From positions 320,001 through 384,000 of the forward strand of contig CAWAUV010000004.1 in assembly GCA_963785305.1 (NCBI GenBank): DNA of 64,000 bases. Direction: 5' to 3'. Positions 12,077 to 22,490 of the stretch are shown piece by piece (the stretch's first letter is position 1; each line of letters begins with the position of its first letter). The stretch is from an uncultured Planctomycetaceae bacterium. GTDB taxonomy: Bacteria; Planctomycetota; Planctomycetia; Pirellulales; PALSA-1355. The notes below the pieces were generated by a model, which did no database searches, was not told the DNA's origin, and saw only the letters and a program-made list of their open reading frames with translations. The position numbers were made by a program, and so were the translations under genes.

Positions 12077-13150
12077 CTACACAATCTCCATGATCGCGGC
12101 GGCGATATCCGTCAGTGGCACGACACGATCGCTTAACCCGGCCTCGGCCACGGATCGCGGCATTCCGTAGACAATGCAACTTTGTTCGGCCTCGGAAAAA
12201 ATCATTCCGCCCGCGGCTTTGATCCAGGCCGCGCCTTCTTTTCCATCGGAACCCATGCCGGTCATCACCACCCCCAGCACACGATCGCCATAAACATCGG
12301 CCGCCGAACGGAACAGCACATCCACCGACGGACGATGTTGCGTATTCGCTGGGTGGTCATCCAAACGCGTTACGACCGAACCGGCGCCCGCGCGGCGAAA
12401 ACCAACATGGCGCCCGGCCGGCCCCAGCAATGCCATTCCCGGCCCCAGCAACGCGCCTTCGTGGGCCTCGCGCACCGACAACCGCGATATTTCGTCCAAC
12501 TTCTTGGCATACAGCTCGGTATACCCGACCGGCATATGCAACACCATTACGATCGGAACCGGGAAGTCGTTCGGAAATCGCGGAATTAAATCACAAAGCG
12601 CCTGCGGCCCGCCCGTCGACACACCGACCACGATCACATCGACCCGCTTCCTGCCGCTCGCGACAAGCGGCGCCGCCGGCCGATCCTCGCAACGCTTCGC
12701 GAGCAGCGTCGCGCTGGCCTTGCCGGCCATCATCACTTTTTCGATCAACTCGTCCCCGATCGTCAATACTTTTTCCGTGGCTAGCGCCGTCGGCTTTCGC
12801 ACCAGATCCACCGCGCCCAAGTCGAGCGCTCGCAACGCCAATTCGTTTTGTTCGCCGGTGACGCTCAATACGACGATCGGCAGCGGACGCCGCGCCATTT
12901 GGGCACGCAAGAAGCCCAATCCATCCATGCGCGGCATCACCAAGTCGAGCGTCACCACGTCGGGACGCAACGACTCGACCAGCTCGAGCGCTTCCTGTCC
13001 GTCTCTCGCCGCGCCAACGACCTCCAGGCTCGGGCTGCGCGAAAGAATCTCCTTTACCGTTTTGCGCATATAGGCCGAATCGTCGACCACCAGCACTCGC
13101 GTCTTCGACAGGACAGGTATTTCGCCGCCGCTGGACCGGGAAATCGCCAA
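12077..13150 (-). CDS. cheB: Chemotaxis methylesterase CheB (REC plus methylesterase)
   Basis: 'VVDDSAYMR', 'GVSTGGP', 'LHMP', 'HRPSVD', 'MTGMGSDG', 'VYGMP'. Confidence 0.95.
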   Translation of the reverse strand: MAISRSSGGEIPVLSKTRVLVVDDSAYMRKTVKEILSRSPSLEVVGAARDGQEALELVESLRPDVVTLDLVMPRMDGLGFLRAQMARRPLPIVVLSVTGEQNELALRALDLGAVDLVRKPTALATEKVLTIGDELIEKVMMAGKASATLLAKRCEDRPAAPLVASGRKRVDVIVVGVSTGGPQALCDLIPRFPNDFPVPIVMVLHMPVGYTELYAKKLDEISRLSVREAHEGALLGPGMALLGPAGRHVGFRRAGAGSVVTRLDDHPANTQHRPSVDVLFRSAADVYGDRVLGVVMTGMGSDGKEGAAWIKAAGGMIFSEAEQSCIVYGMPRSVAEAGLSDRVVPLTDIAAAIMEIV

Positions 13151-13223
13151 AATTCACCCCGCGGGTATCACGGTATCACGACTAAAGAGTACTCTTGTTC
13201 GCTCGGCGGAACAAGTTGCGCCA

Positions 13224-14050
13224 CTATCGTTTTACATACCAAAATGCGCCGCCGGCCCGTTCCAGTTCAAAACGCGTCGAAAGCGCCATGAGTGATTCGG
13301 CCGCGCCCAGGAGCAGATACGAAGGCGAGGGCATTTTGCCACCGAGGTCCTGTGCGATGCGCTCGATCGTCGGCAGCGAAAAATAGATAAACATATTGCG
13401 GCAAACCACGACGGGCGAATCCGCAAAAGGCGCGGTTTCTATTGTCGACAACATATTGACTCGCGACCAACGCACTCGATCGTATATCTCTGGAGCTATC
13501 CGCCAGCCATCGGCTGTCTGGGAAAAATACTTGTCTTTCAATTTCGAGGGCAAACTGCGAAACGAGCGGTCGCCGTAACGATTGCGAGCCGCCTTGTCGA
13601 GCGCGCGTTGACTGGCGTCGGTGGCGACGATCTCAATCGCCGCCTTCGCAAACCAGCCGGCTTCGTTGAGCGCCATGGCGATCGTAAGCGGCTCTTCGCC
13701 GGTTGCGCAGCCGGCGCTCCATATCCGTAGCGGCTGCGATTCGCGGTTTGTCGCCAGTTTCGGGACCACGCTTTTGACCAAAGCCTCGATTTGGTCGATC
13801 TCGCGCCAGAAATATGTTTCTTGCACCGCGATGGCTTCCTGCACTCGCTGCCATTCGGCATCGGCCGCGGGCCCATATTTCAGCTTGTAATAGAGGTCGA
13901 GGAAGTTGTCGAAGCCATTTTCCGCGACCTGGGCGCCGAGCGCTCGGCCAGGATTTCCCGCTTGCCATCGTCGAAATGAGCGCCGATACGGTCTTCGATA
14001 AGGTCGCGCAAGATCGCGAAGACCGTCCGTGAAAGTTCAGGAACGCTCAA
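13224..14050 (-). CDS. cheR: Chemotaxis methyltransferase CheR (frameshift near 13940; start approximate)
   Basis: 'ETYFWRE', 'RIWSAGCATGEEP', 'ATD', 'VCRNMFIYF', 'LLLGAAES'. Confidence 0.9.
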
Positions 14051-14647
14051 GTGTGAATCCCCAAGCTCCGTGGCAATTTGGCGCGAACCGTTATTCTTTA
14101 AACCGATAGCAAATCGCTTGCCAAGGTTCGGCGATTCGCCGCACGGATTGTAGACGAGTCTTGGTCGCCGTCCAAACATGGAATGCGATCTAAAAGCCTA
14201 CCAGCCCTTTGAAATAAGCCCTCGTGGCTTATTTCAACCTCGCCAAGCACGCGGCAAAGCGGCGTGCGGCTCGCAAAATACCGACTTACTTCGCTATTTT
14301 GTGATCGCATCCATGCGATCTAGCAGCCCGCTGAATAAATCAACGGGCTGCCACACTCGCGGTTTGGCCACCCCCAACCGGCCCGAGCGCGAGCGGCCGA
14401 ACCGCATGGCGCCCCGGCCGGGGTCGGATCGTGGCGGTCGAGGCGTTCCGGACGCTCGGCGAACAGTCGCTCCGAGCGTTTCACCATGGTTGTGCCGCAA
14501 AATTCCCGTATCTAGTATGGATATCCACACGATTGTATTACGACGCGGTGAATGGTTCTCTACCGGGCGGCGATGGCGAACGCCTGTCGACGTTCTCGTG
14601 GCCATTTGCCTTGTCCTTTCGCCTCACGGACCCGAAAAGGTTGCCGC

Positions 14648-16769
14648 GTGGATAGCGAAAACGGGCACGACCCGGGCCAATTCGAGGCATTGCTCGATGC
14701 ATTCGCCAGTGAATGCGTCGAACATCTGACCGCGCGCGCGAGGGGATATTGCGCCTGGAAGCGTGCATCGGCCATGCGATCGATCGCGAGACGGCCGACG
14801 AGCTGTTTCGCAATTTCCACACGATCAAAGGTCTCTCGGGCATGGTGGGGCTGCGCGAGGCGGAAATCCTCGCGCACCACATGGAGAGCTATCTAGACGC
14901 TCTGCGGCGGAATCGCGCGAGCCTATCGCCGGCGGCCATCGACGCGCTAGCCGCCGGAGCATCTCTAGTCGAAACCTGTGTCGCCGCCCGATGCGCGGGC
15001 CAACGTCCGCTCGACCCGAGCAAATTGGTCGCGCGGCTGTCAGCTTTGGTTCACACCACGGCATCGGACCCATCGGCCGAAGGTTTGCCTCCCGCGTTCG
15101 AGGAAATGTCGCCAGGCGGCTCCGAACCCAGCGTCGAATGTAGCGCCGATTCCGCGGCGGTCTCGTCGGGCGAGGGCTCGTGGTTGTTCACCTTTATTCC
15201 GTCGGCATTGCTCGCCGAGCGTGGCGTTAATGTCAACACGATTCGCGAGCGTCTGCTGTCCCGCGGCAAACTTCGAAGCGCCGCGCCGAAGGTTTTGCCA
15301 AGCGGCCAAATCGAGTTCACGTTCGTCGTTTCGGGGAACTACGATTCGCAAACCCTCGACGCCTGGCGCGAAGACGGGCTTTTGGCCGCGCCCTACGCCG
15401 CGTCTCCCGCCATCGACCCAGACGATTTCGCGCCCGCGGCCGAATCCGCCAATGACGCCCCCGCGGCGCCGGTTGCGCCGGCGGCGTCCGCGTCGTCGCC
15501 GGCCGCGGCGCCATCGCTGACCGCGGTGGCCGGCGCGATTCGCGTCGATTTGACCAAGCTCGATTCGGTCATGCGAATGGTGAGCGAGCTCGTCATCAGC
15601 CGGGCACGATTCGAGGAGCACTTGAAACAGATCAAGCCGTATCTGCCGGCGGAGCAATGGCGGTTGCTGCAAGAAGACAATCTCGCCTTTTCGCGGCAAA
15701 TTCGCGATCTGCGAGAAGGGGTGGTGCGCGTGCGACTCGCGCCCGTTCACGAGTGCTTCGCGCGAATGCAGTTCGTCGCGCGAGACTCGTGCGCGAATAT
15801 GGCAAGGAAGTTCGGGTCCGGCTCGAAGGGCAAGACACCGAAGTCGACAAACTCGTGGTCGAGTGCATGACCGACCCGCTGCTTCATTTGGTGCGCAATG
15901 CGATCAGCCACGGCATCGAATCGTGCGCCGATCGATTGCAGGCCGGGAAGCCGGCCGCCGCGACGATCTCGCTCCGCGCGGTTGCGCATGGCGAAACCAT
16001 CATGATCGAAGTCGAGGACGATGGCCGCGGAATCGATCTCGCGGAAGTCACTCGAAGAGCCCGAGCGGGCGGTTTGATTCCGCGGAATGCCGAGGTCGAC
16101 GAATCGAACATGCTCGACACCATTCGCCTTCCGCATTTTTCCACTCGCGACGAGGCCGATCGGGGCAGCGGACGCGGAGTGGGCATGGCGATCGTGAAAA
16201 CGGCGGTCGAGCAGCTCGGCGGCTCGCTCGGCGTCGAGACTCGTCTCGGCCTAGGCACGCGGTTCCATGTCCAGCTCCCGCTCACGCTCGCCATCGCCGA
16301 CGCGCTCTTGGTGCAAGTGGGGACACAACGCTATGCGGTTCCCCAAGCCGCGGTGCGCGAGGTGGCGTCGCTGGTTGGAGCGAGGCTTTCGAACTTGGAA
16401 AACAGCGAAGTGATGTCGCATCGCGGCGCGGTTGTGCCGCTCGTGCGGCTGGCGAAACTATTTCATGTGCCATCGGCGGCGGAAACGCGCGCATGCGTGC
16501 TGTTCGTGGGCGAGGGCGCCAGGGCGATCGCGATCGTGGTCGATCAAGTACTGGGACTCCACGAAGTGGTTGTCCGGCCGTTGGCGGATCCATTGGTGCG
16601 GACTCCAGGACTTTCGGGCGCCACCGAACTTGGCGACGGACGGGCGGTGCTGATTCTCGATGTGCTCGCGATCGGACGTCTTGCCCGTCGGCGGACTGAC
16701 ATTCCCCATGCGGCGATTCCGCGGGCTTTGCCCACGATCGAAGTCATCAACCCCCCGGCGACTCCATGA
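14648..16769 (+). CDS. cheA: Chemotaxis histidine kinase CheA (frameshifts near 14735 and 15785)
   Basis: Hpt 'FRNFHTIKGLSG...AHHME', 'IRVDLTKLD', 'PLLHLVRNAISHGIE', 'EDDGRG', 'SGRGVGM', 'LPLTLAI', C-terminal CheW domain. Confidence 0.93.
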
Positions 16770-17236
16770 CACATTCCGCGGCCAATGCCGGTTCCTATGT
16801 GCTGTTCGAACTCGCGGGCACATGCTATGCCATTCCCACCCGTTTCGTGCGTCAGATGGAAATGGTCGAACATATTACACCGGTTCCCAATGCGCCTGCG
16901 TTTGTCGAGGGGATCGTATTCGTGCGCGGCCAAGTGACGCCCGCAATGAACCTGCGGCGGCGCTTTGGTTTCGAATCGGCGCCCCACACGCTGCGAACGC
17001 GCCTGGTGGTGGTTTCGCTCGACAATCGTTCGGTGGGGCTGATCGTGGATTCGGCCCGCGAGTTTCTCGTAATTCCGCCGGAATCGATTCAACCGTTGCC
17101 CGAGGCGATTTCGGGTCTTTCGGGCAAATATCTGAGCGGGATCTCCATGCTGGGGGATCGGCTGATTATGATCGTCGACGTGGAAGAACTACTCAAATTC
17201 GAGAGTCCCGAGCTCGCCGCGCCTGGCGATGCTTAA
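16766..17236 (+). CDS. cheW: Coupling protein CheW
   Basis: 'ITPVPNAPAFVEGI..VRG', 'VGLIVD'. Confidence 0.93.
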   Translation: MTHSAANAGSYVLFELAGTCYAIPTRFVRQMEMVEHITPVPNAPAFVEGIVFVRGQVTPAMNLRRRFGFESAPHTLRTRLVVVSLDNRSVGLIVDSAREFLVIPPESIQPLPEAISGLSGKYLSGISMLGDRLIMIVDVEELLKFESPELAAPGDA

Positions 17237-17261
17237 GACTTCGCGGGGAGAAACTATTTTC

Positions 17262-19391
17262 ATGGCTACGCGTTCCAGTTTGCAGGGCGATGTCCACACG
17301 GCCATCGTGCGCATCCGCTCCGAGGCCGAGCAGCTTGCCACTCGGGCCGCCGAGGCGACTCGCGCGGCCGACGCGGTGCTTGATTCGAGCCAGCGCCAGT
17401 TGCAATCGATCGATGAAGCGGTCGGCCAGACCAGCGCGATCACCACTTCGCTCGACGACACTGCCGCCCAGGCCGCCGGGGTCTCGGCCTCGGTCGAGGA
17501 ATTGGTGTCCTCGGTCAACGAAGTGGCCGCCGCGGTCGAGCAGGTCAACGCGAGCGCCGCCTCTTTCACCCAATCGCTCGATGAAACCGCGAGCAGCATC
17601 GAGGAAACCAGCGTCTCGATCGAGCGCGTCACCCAGCGGACTCAAGACATGGCGTCGCTGGCCACCCGGACGCCGCCAGCACGGCGAGCGTCTCGGGCTC
17701 GATCGCGCGGATCGGCGCCGAAACCGAGTCGCTCGTGATCGCCATCAACGAAGGCGCGTCGACGGTCGAGGAAATGGCCCGCTCGATCCATGCCGTGGCG
17801 CGGGGCCGACGACCTTACGGTGGCCTCGGAGCAGACGGCGTCGTCGATCAACGAAACCGCCGCCTCGATCGAACAGGTATCGGCCACCACGGTGAGCTTG
17901 GCCGCCTCGGTCGACGAAGTCGCGGCGTCGATCGAGGAAATGTCGCGCTCCGTGGCGGGCGTCGCTCAAAATGCGGCCCGCATCTCGGAAGTGGCCACCG
18001 AAGCGGTCGCTTCGGCGCGGGAACTCGATGGCTCGATCCACTCGGTCGCCGCGATTTCGAAACAAGCCGACGAAACAACGCGCCGCACGGCCCGCGAGGC
18101 CGAGGAAGGCGGCGTCGCGGTGCAGAAGTCGATCCAGGGGCTGACGCGAGTGCGCGAGGCGATGGGACAGTCCGTCGCGATGATTCGCGACATGGGCAAA
18201 CGCACCGGCGATATCGGCGGGATCGTCACCACGATCAACCTCATCGCCGAACGAACGAATCTGCTTTCGCTCAATGCCTCGATCGAAGCCGCCCGAGCCG
18301 GCGACGCGGGACGAGGCTTTGCCGTGGTGGCGGAAGAGATTCGTAATCTGGCCGATCGCGCCGCCCAGGCCACGGCCGATATCGCCACGATCATCACCAC
18401 GCTCCAAGAAGCGGCGCGCGAGGCGGTCGGGGCATCGAGCGACAACCTTCGACTCGCCGAGGAAAGCGGCCAACTGGCCGAAATCGGAATGTCGGGCCTC
18501 ACGAAAATCTTGAGCGGCGTTCAGGAAACGGCCTCGCTCGTCGGGCAGATCGCCCGCGCTTCCGAGGAACAGATCGCGGCCGGGCGTCAGGTCGTCTCCG
18601 CGGTAAACACCACGGCGCTCCAATCGCAACAGGTGATGGTGGCCACGAGCGAGCAGAATCGCGGCGTGCAGGAGATCGTGCAAGCCACGGCTCAAATGCG
18701 GCGCAGCGCCGAACAGGTATCGCAGTCGATGAAAGAACAAGGCCGCGCGGCTCGCGAGATCATGAAAGCGGGCCAGAATGTCAGCAATTCGGCCGAACAG
18801 CTTCGCAAAGCCACCTCCGAGCATGTCGCCGCCAACAGCCAAGCGGCCGTGTCGATGGAGTCGATGCGCCGCAACGCGATCGCGACCTCGCGCGTCATCG
18901 AGGAGCAGGTGAAAGCCACCACCGAAACCACCGAAACCACGAAGCAACTGGAGCGGCAAATCGCCGATGTGGGCGCCGCGATGCTCGAACAGGCCACGGC
19001 GGTGCGCCAAATCTCGACATCGGTCTTTAGCATGCGGCAGCAATCCGCGCAGCTCGCGCAGTCGATCGGCGAGCAATCGCGCGCGGCGAAAGACATGGTT
19101 GGATCGCTCGAAGGCATCTCGCGAAGGATGCGCGTGATCACGCAGTCGAACCGCGAACACACCTCGCTCGCGCGGAGCGTTCGCCAATCGCTGGGCGAGA
19201 TTCGCTCGGTGTCTCAACAAAACACGCGCGGTGTCGAACAGACCCGCGGCGCCACGATGAACCTGCTCGCCACGGTGGAAAACCTGATGTCGATCGCCGC
19301 CCAGCTTTCGGACGGCGGCTCGCGGACTCCGGCCTCGACCAAGCCAAAGCCGGCGCGAAAAAAAGGCGAAGCGAACCGCAAGCGCAAGTGA
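17262..19391 (+). CDS. Cytoplasmic methyl-accepting chemotaxis protein without TM or sensor domain (frameshifts near 17670 and 17800)
   Basis: Signalling tip '[40 protein letters not shown]'. The rest is heptad coiled-coil with no hydrophobic span. Confidence 0.9.
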
Positions 19392-19406
19392 GCGCTCGGC
19401 CACTTC

Positions 19407-19483
19407 GAGCCAATCCGAGAACTTCGGCGAGCCCTTACCCTACCCTCTCCAAAAGGGAGAGGGGGGAGTCGTCGGATGGGCTC
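19407..19483 (+). repeat. ~77-bp MITE/REP-like element, copy 1
   Basis: Imperfect terminal inverted repeats GAGCCAATCCGAGAACT...AGTCGTCGGATGGGCTC around a CCCTCTCC-AAAA-GGGAGAGGG hairpin. Homologous to 55440-55517. Confidence 0.8.
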
Positions 19484-19915
19484 TTAAGAAACGGCCGGTT
19501 CGATCGTGGCCGACATCGCGCCTTTGCAACCGGCCACGAGCTCGTCCTTGCCGAAGGCATGTATCTGGTCGCGTTTGAACTCGGCATGTTCCTTGGCGGT
19601 GGTGAACACGATTGCCCGCCCGCGCACATCGACTTCTTCGGCGATTTGAATGCCTTTGGTCGGCGGATGGCCAAAGAGTTTTTGCATCATGTGGATCACG
19701 TAATGAAAGCTGTGATCCTCGTCGTTCCACAGCACGACATTATAAGGCGGCAATCGCTTCGGCTTCTTTTTACGCTTCTTCTTCGGAGTCGCGCTCACGG
19801 CGGTCGCATTCGGGCCCGTTGCATTCGGGTCCATCGACGGGTCGAGCGTTTCGAGCGCGGGCGTCTCGGCGGCTTGCCCGGGCGTTTCCGGAGTGCGTTC
19901 GTCGGATCGTGCCAT
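19484..19915 (-). CDS. clpS: ATP-dependent Clp protease adaptor ClpS (start approximate)
   Basis: 'PPYNVVLWNDEDHSFHYVIHMM', 'GRAIV', 'MSATIEP'. Confidence 0.9.
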   Translation of the reverse strand: MARSDERTPETPGQAAETPALETLDPSMDPNATGPNATAVSATPKKKRKKKPKRLPPYNVVLWNDEDHSFHYVIHMMQKLFGHPPTKGIQIAEEVDVRGRAIVFTTAKEHAEFKRDQIHAFGKDELVAGCKGAMSATIEPAVS

Positions 19916-20537
19916 CTTCGTCGTTCCCGGCCAAGGAGTTCGAGAGGCGTCTTTGGCGAGCCTTTTTCCGGCCCACGCCCGGGGGGCGGGTTCGGTGGTT
20001 CGTCGAGGCAAATCGATTGCTAGCAGACCTTGATGCTGGCGAGCCCGGGGAGAAGGAGCCGGCGAGCCACTGGGAATCTGGCGAGTTTCGCACCGGGGAA
20101 CGCAGCAGGATGATTATAGAGATTTTCGCGGCCCTTGGCCAAGGGTTGGGTCAAGAAACGGTTCGCAACCCGATGTTCCAAGAGTGTTTGCGCGATTGTC
20201 GGCGCGGAGCGGATTCTCGGCGGCCGATTTGATTTTAATCGAGGCGACAAATTTTCCGTTTCGACGCGAACCTTTGGTTCGATGCTATGTCTGATAGGTG
20301 AACCGATCGCTCGAATCGCGGCCCGAGGCCGTCGCGTGTGTTTCTCCCGCGTGGGATTTCGTTCCACGCGTTGGCGAGGCCACTCTTGACGAAGTAAGAT
20401 CGCGATGCGAGGCTTGTAGTATGGTATAAGCAACGTCGGCCATGGGTGGCCGGCGACGGATCGACCTTGATTCTTGTGCTTTGTTCAGAAAGCGAATCTT
20501 CTTTCTTCTCTTCAACCGCGCAGCGCAGGAGCTTCCC

Positions 20538-20831
20538 ATGCGGACGTTCACGAACATTTTCGCGACGAACAGCGTTTTTGGTATTAGCCAAAATCGTTGC
20601 GTGAAGATGATCGCCGCCCGTTTTGGGGCAGCGGCGCTGCATCTCGACCTTTTGCCAAGGCATGCCAGTTTGCCGAGCATGCTCGCCCTGGATCGCTATT
20701 GCGATTCCGTGGGCGGTAAACGCTCGGCGGGCGAGGTTGTAGCCCGGCTCGAACGCATGTGCTCGAGCTGGAGTCGGCTGCAACCTTGTTGGCAGCCGGC
20801 GCGGCGCGGATCGGCGGTCGGTCGGAGTTAA
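20538..20831 (+). CDS. Possible small hypothetical protein (97 aa) upstream of ECF sigma
   Basis: AGGAG 6 nt before the ATG. No recognisable family and codon usage not clearly genic. Confidence 0.25.
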   Translation: MRTFTNIFATNSVFGISQNRCVKMIAARFGAAALHLDLLPRHASLPSMLALDRYCDSVGGKRSAGEVVARLERMCSSWSRLQPCWQPARRGSAVGRS

Positions 20832-21337
20832 GTCGCGGGGAGAAAATGAGTTGCCGGGGTCGGGCGAATAAACATCGCCTCGGTCCGGCCGACGCCCCTT
20901 GAAGGGGCCGAGGTCAAAAAACAGGCGGCTCTCGTCTCTCCCGCGCCGCGAATCGCTCCCAAGGCGACTCGCCTACTCCGAACCAAAGACGCCGTGCTCC
21001 GCGGAGCGCTCGAGGCATGATGGCGGTTGCGATCGCTTTCATTTCCGCGCCCGCCACACGGCGTTTTCGCTGGCTCGCGATGGATCCTCGCAGGTCTCGT
21101 GGCGCTTCGCAATTCGCGCCGCTCCCGCCGGGCGACGATCCCTCGCAACCCGCTCCGCGGCCTCCTCGTTTCCCAAGTCGTTTTGACCGGAAATGAGGTG
21201 GCCGTCGGGTCCCGTTTCGCTTCGCGGCCTTTGAAAAGTTCGATTTCGACGCACGAACCCTCGCGACTTCCCAAAACCCGAACCCCGGCCGAGCCGGTCC
21301 ATTTTCACGGAAATCGCTTTTCGAAAGAAGAGACATC

Positions 21338-21919
21338 ATGGCAGTCATGGAAGAAAACATCGCGGAGATCGGCGCGGCCTGCGAGCTCGAGCTGGTGCTG
21401 GCCGCCCAGCAGGGCGACCGGTTTGCATTCGGCCAGTTGGTCGAGCGCTACGAGCGGCTGGTCTACGCGACCGCGTTTCGCCGGTTGAACAATCATGCCG
21501 AAGCGCAGGAGCTGGCGCAGGAAGTGTTCGTCAAGGCGATGGAGCGGATCGATCAACTCCGGCAGCCCGAGTGCTTCGGCGGATGGCTGCGAAGCATCAC
21601 CACGCGCATGGCGATCAACCGCGCCGTGCGGCGGGCGCCGGCGCATGCCACCGAGCCGCACACGCTCGAATCCACCTGCGTCGACTTCGAGACTCCGCTC
21701 GGCCATGTGCTGGCCGGAGAACGTCGGCAGCAAGTGCGCGATGGGCTCGATCGGCTGGGCAATCTCGACCGCGAGACGCTTGTCGCGTTTTATGTCGAGG
21801 GCGAGTCGCTGCTCGAGATGAGCGATCGGTTCGCGTCGCCGGTGGGCACGATCAAGCGCCGGCTGCATGTGGCGCGCAAGCGGCTCGCCAAGCAGCTCGA
21901 GGAGTTGGCGCCGGCCTGA
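21338..21919 (+). CDS. ECF-type sigma-70 factor
   Basis: Region 2 'AFGQLVERY...EAQELAQEVF...FGGWL'. Region 4 'GTIKRRLHVARKRL'. Confidence 0.92.
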   Translation: MAVMEENIAEIGAACELELVLAAQQGDRFAFGQLVERYERLVYATAFRRLNNHAEAQELAQEVFVKAMERIDQLRQPECFGGWLRSITTRMAINRAVRRAPAHATEPHTLESTCVDFETPLGHVLAGERRQQVRDGLDRLGNLDRETLVAFYVEGESLLEMSDRFASPVGTIKRRLHVARKRLAKQLEELAPA

Positions 21920-22017
21920 ACGCGAGCCGGCGCTCGCGCTCGGCAAGACGCGTGCCCGACACGGGTTGTTTTCTGGGGTTGGTTGGGGGAAGAGTCGGCG
22001 GTTTCCGGTTCCACGCG

Positions 22018-22045
22018 GGGCCGGGAGCCGCCGGCTCGTTTTTTA
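22018..22045 (+). terminator. Intrinsic terminator after ECF sigma
   Basis: GGGCCGG-GAGCCG-CCGGCTC followed by GTTTTTTA. Confidence 0.55.
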
Positions 22046-22084
22046 TGCGCGCCGCTCGTGTCGCGCTTTGGCAAGAGTCGCGGC

Positions 22085-22459
22085 CTACGACTGCATGATC
22101 GCGATAATCGCCAAGGCCACCCAGCCAGCGATCAGGCATACCCCGCCCAGCGGCGTGAAATGCACGAATGTGCGTTCGCCGGTGGCGATCCAGGCATAAA
22201 TTCCGCCGGCGAATAGCACGCTGCCGGCGAGAAATAGCCAGCCCGCGATATTCCACCAGGCGTTGGGCAGTGAAGTCACGAGCAGTCCCACGACGACGAT
22301 CGCCAGGGCGTGGAACATCTGATATCGCACGGCCGTCTCGAAACTCTCGAACGCGCGGCTATCGAGCCGCGGCCGCAAGGCATGCGCCCCCAGGGCTCCG
22401 GCGCCGACCGCGATCGCGGCCAGCACCGATCCGGCGATAATCCAGAATTTGGCGGACAT
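22085..22459 (-). CDS. DUF423 (YgdD/TMEM256-like) membrane protein
   Basis: 'GALGAH', 'FETAVRYQMFHAL', 'TPLGG'. Confidence 0.9.
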   Translation of the reverse strand: MSAKFWIIAGSVLAAIAVGAGALGAHALRPRLDSRAFESFETAVRYQMFHALAIVVVGLLVTSLPNAWWNIAGWLFLAGSVLFAGGIYAWIATGERTFVHFTPLGGVCLIAGWVALAIIAIMQS

Positions 22460-22490
22460 GGAGAGGCGTCTCGTCGCTAAACCCGCGCGA

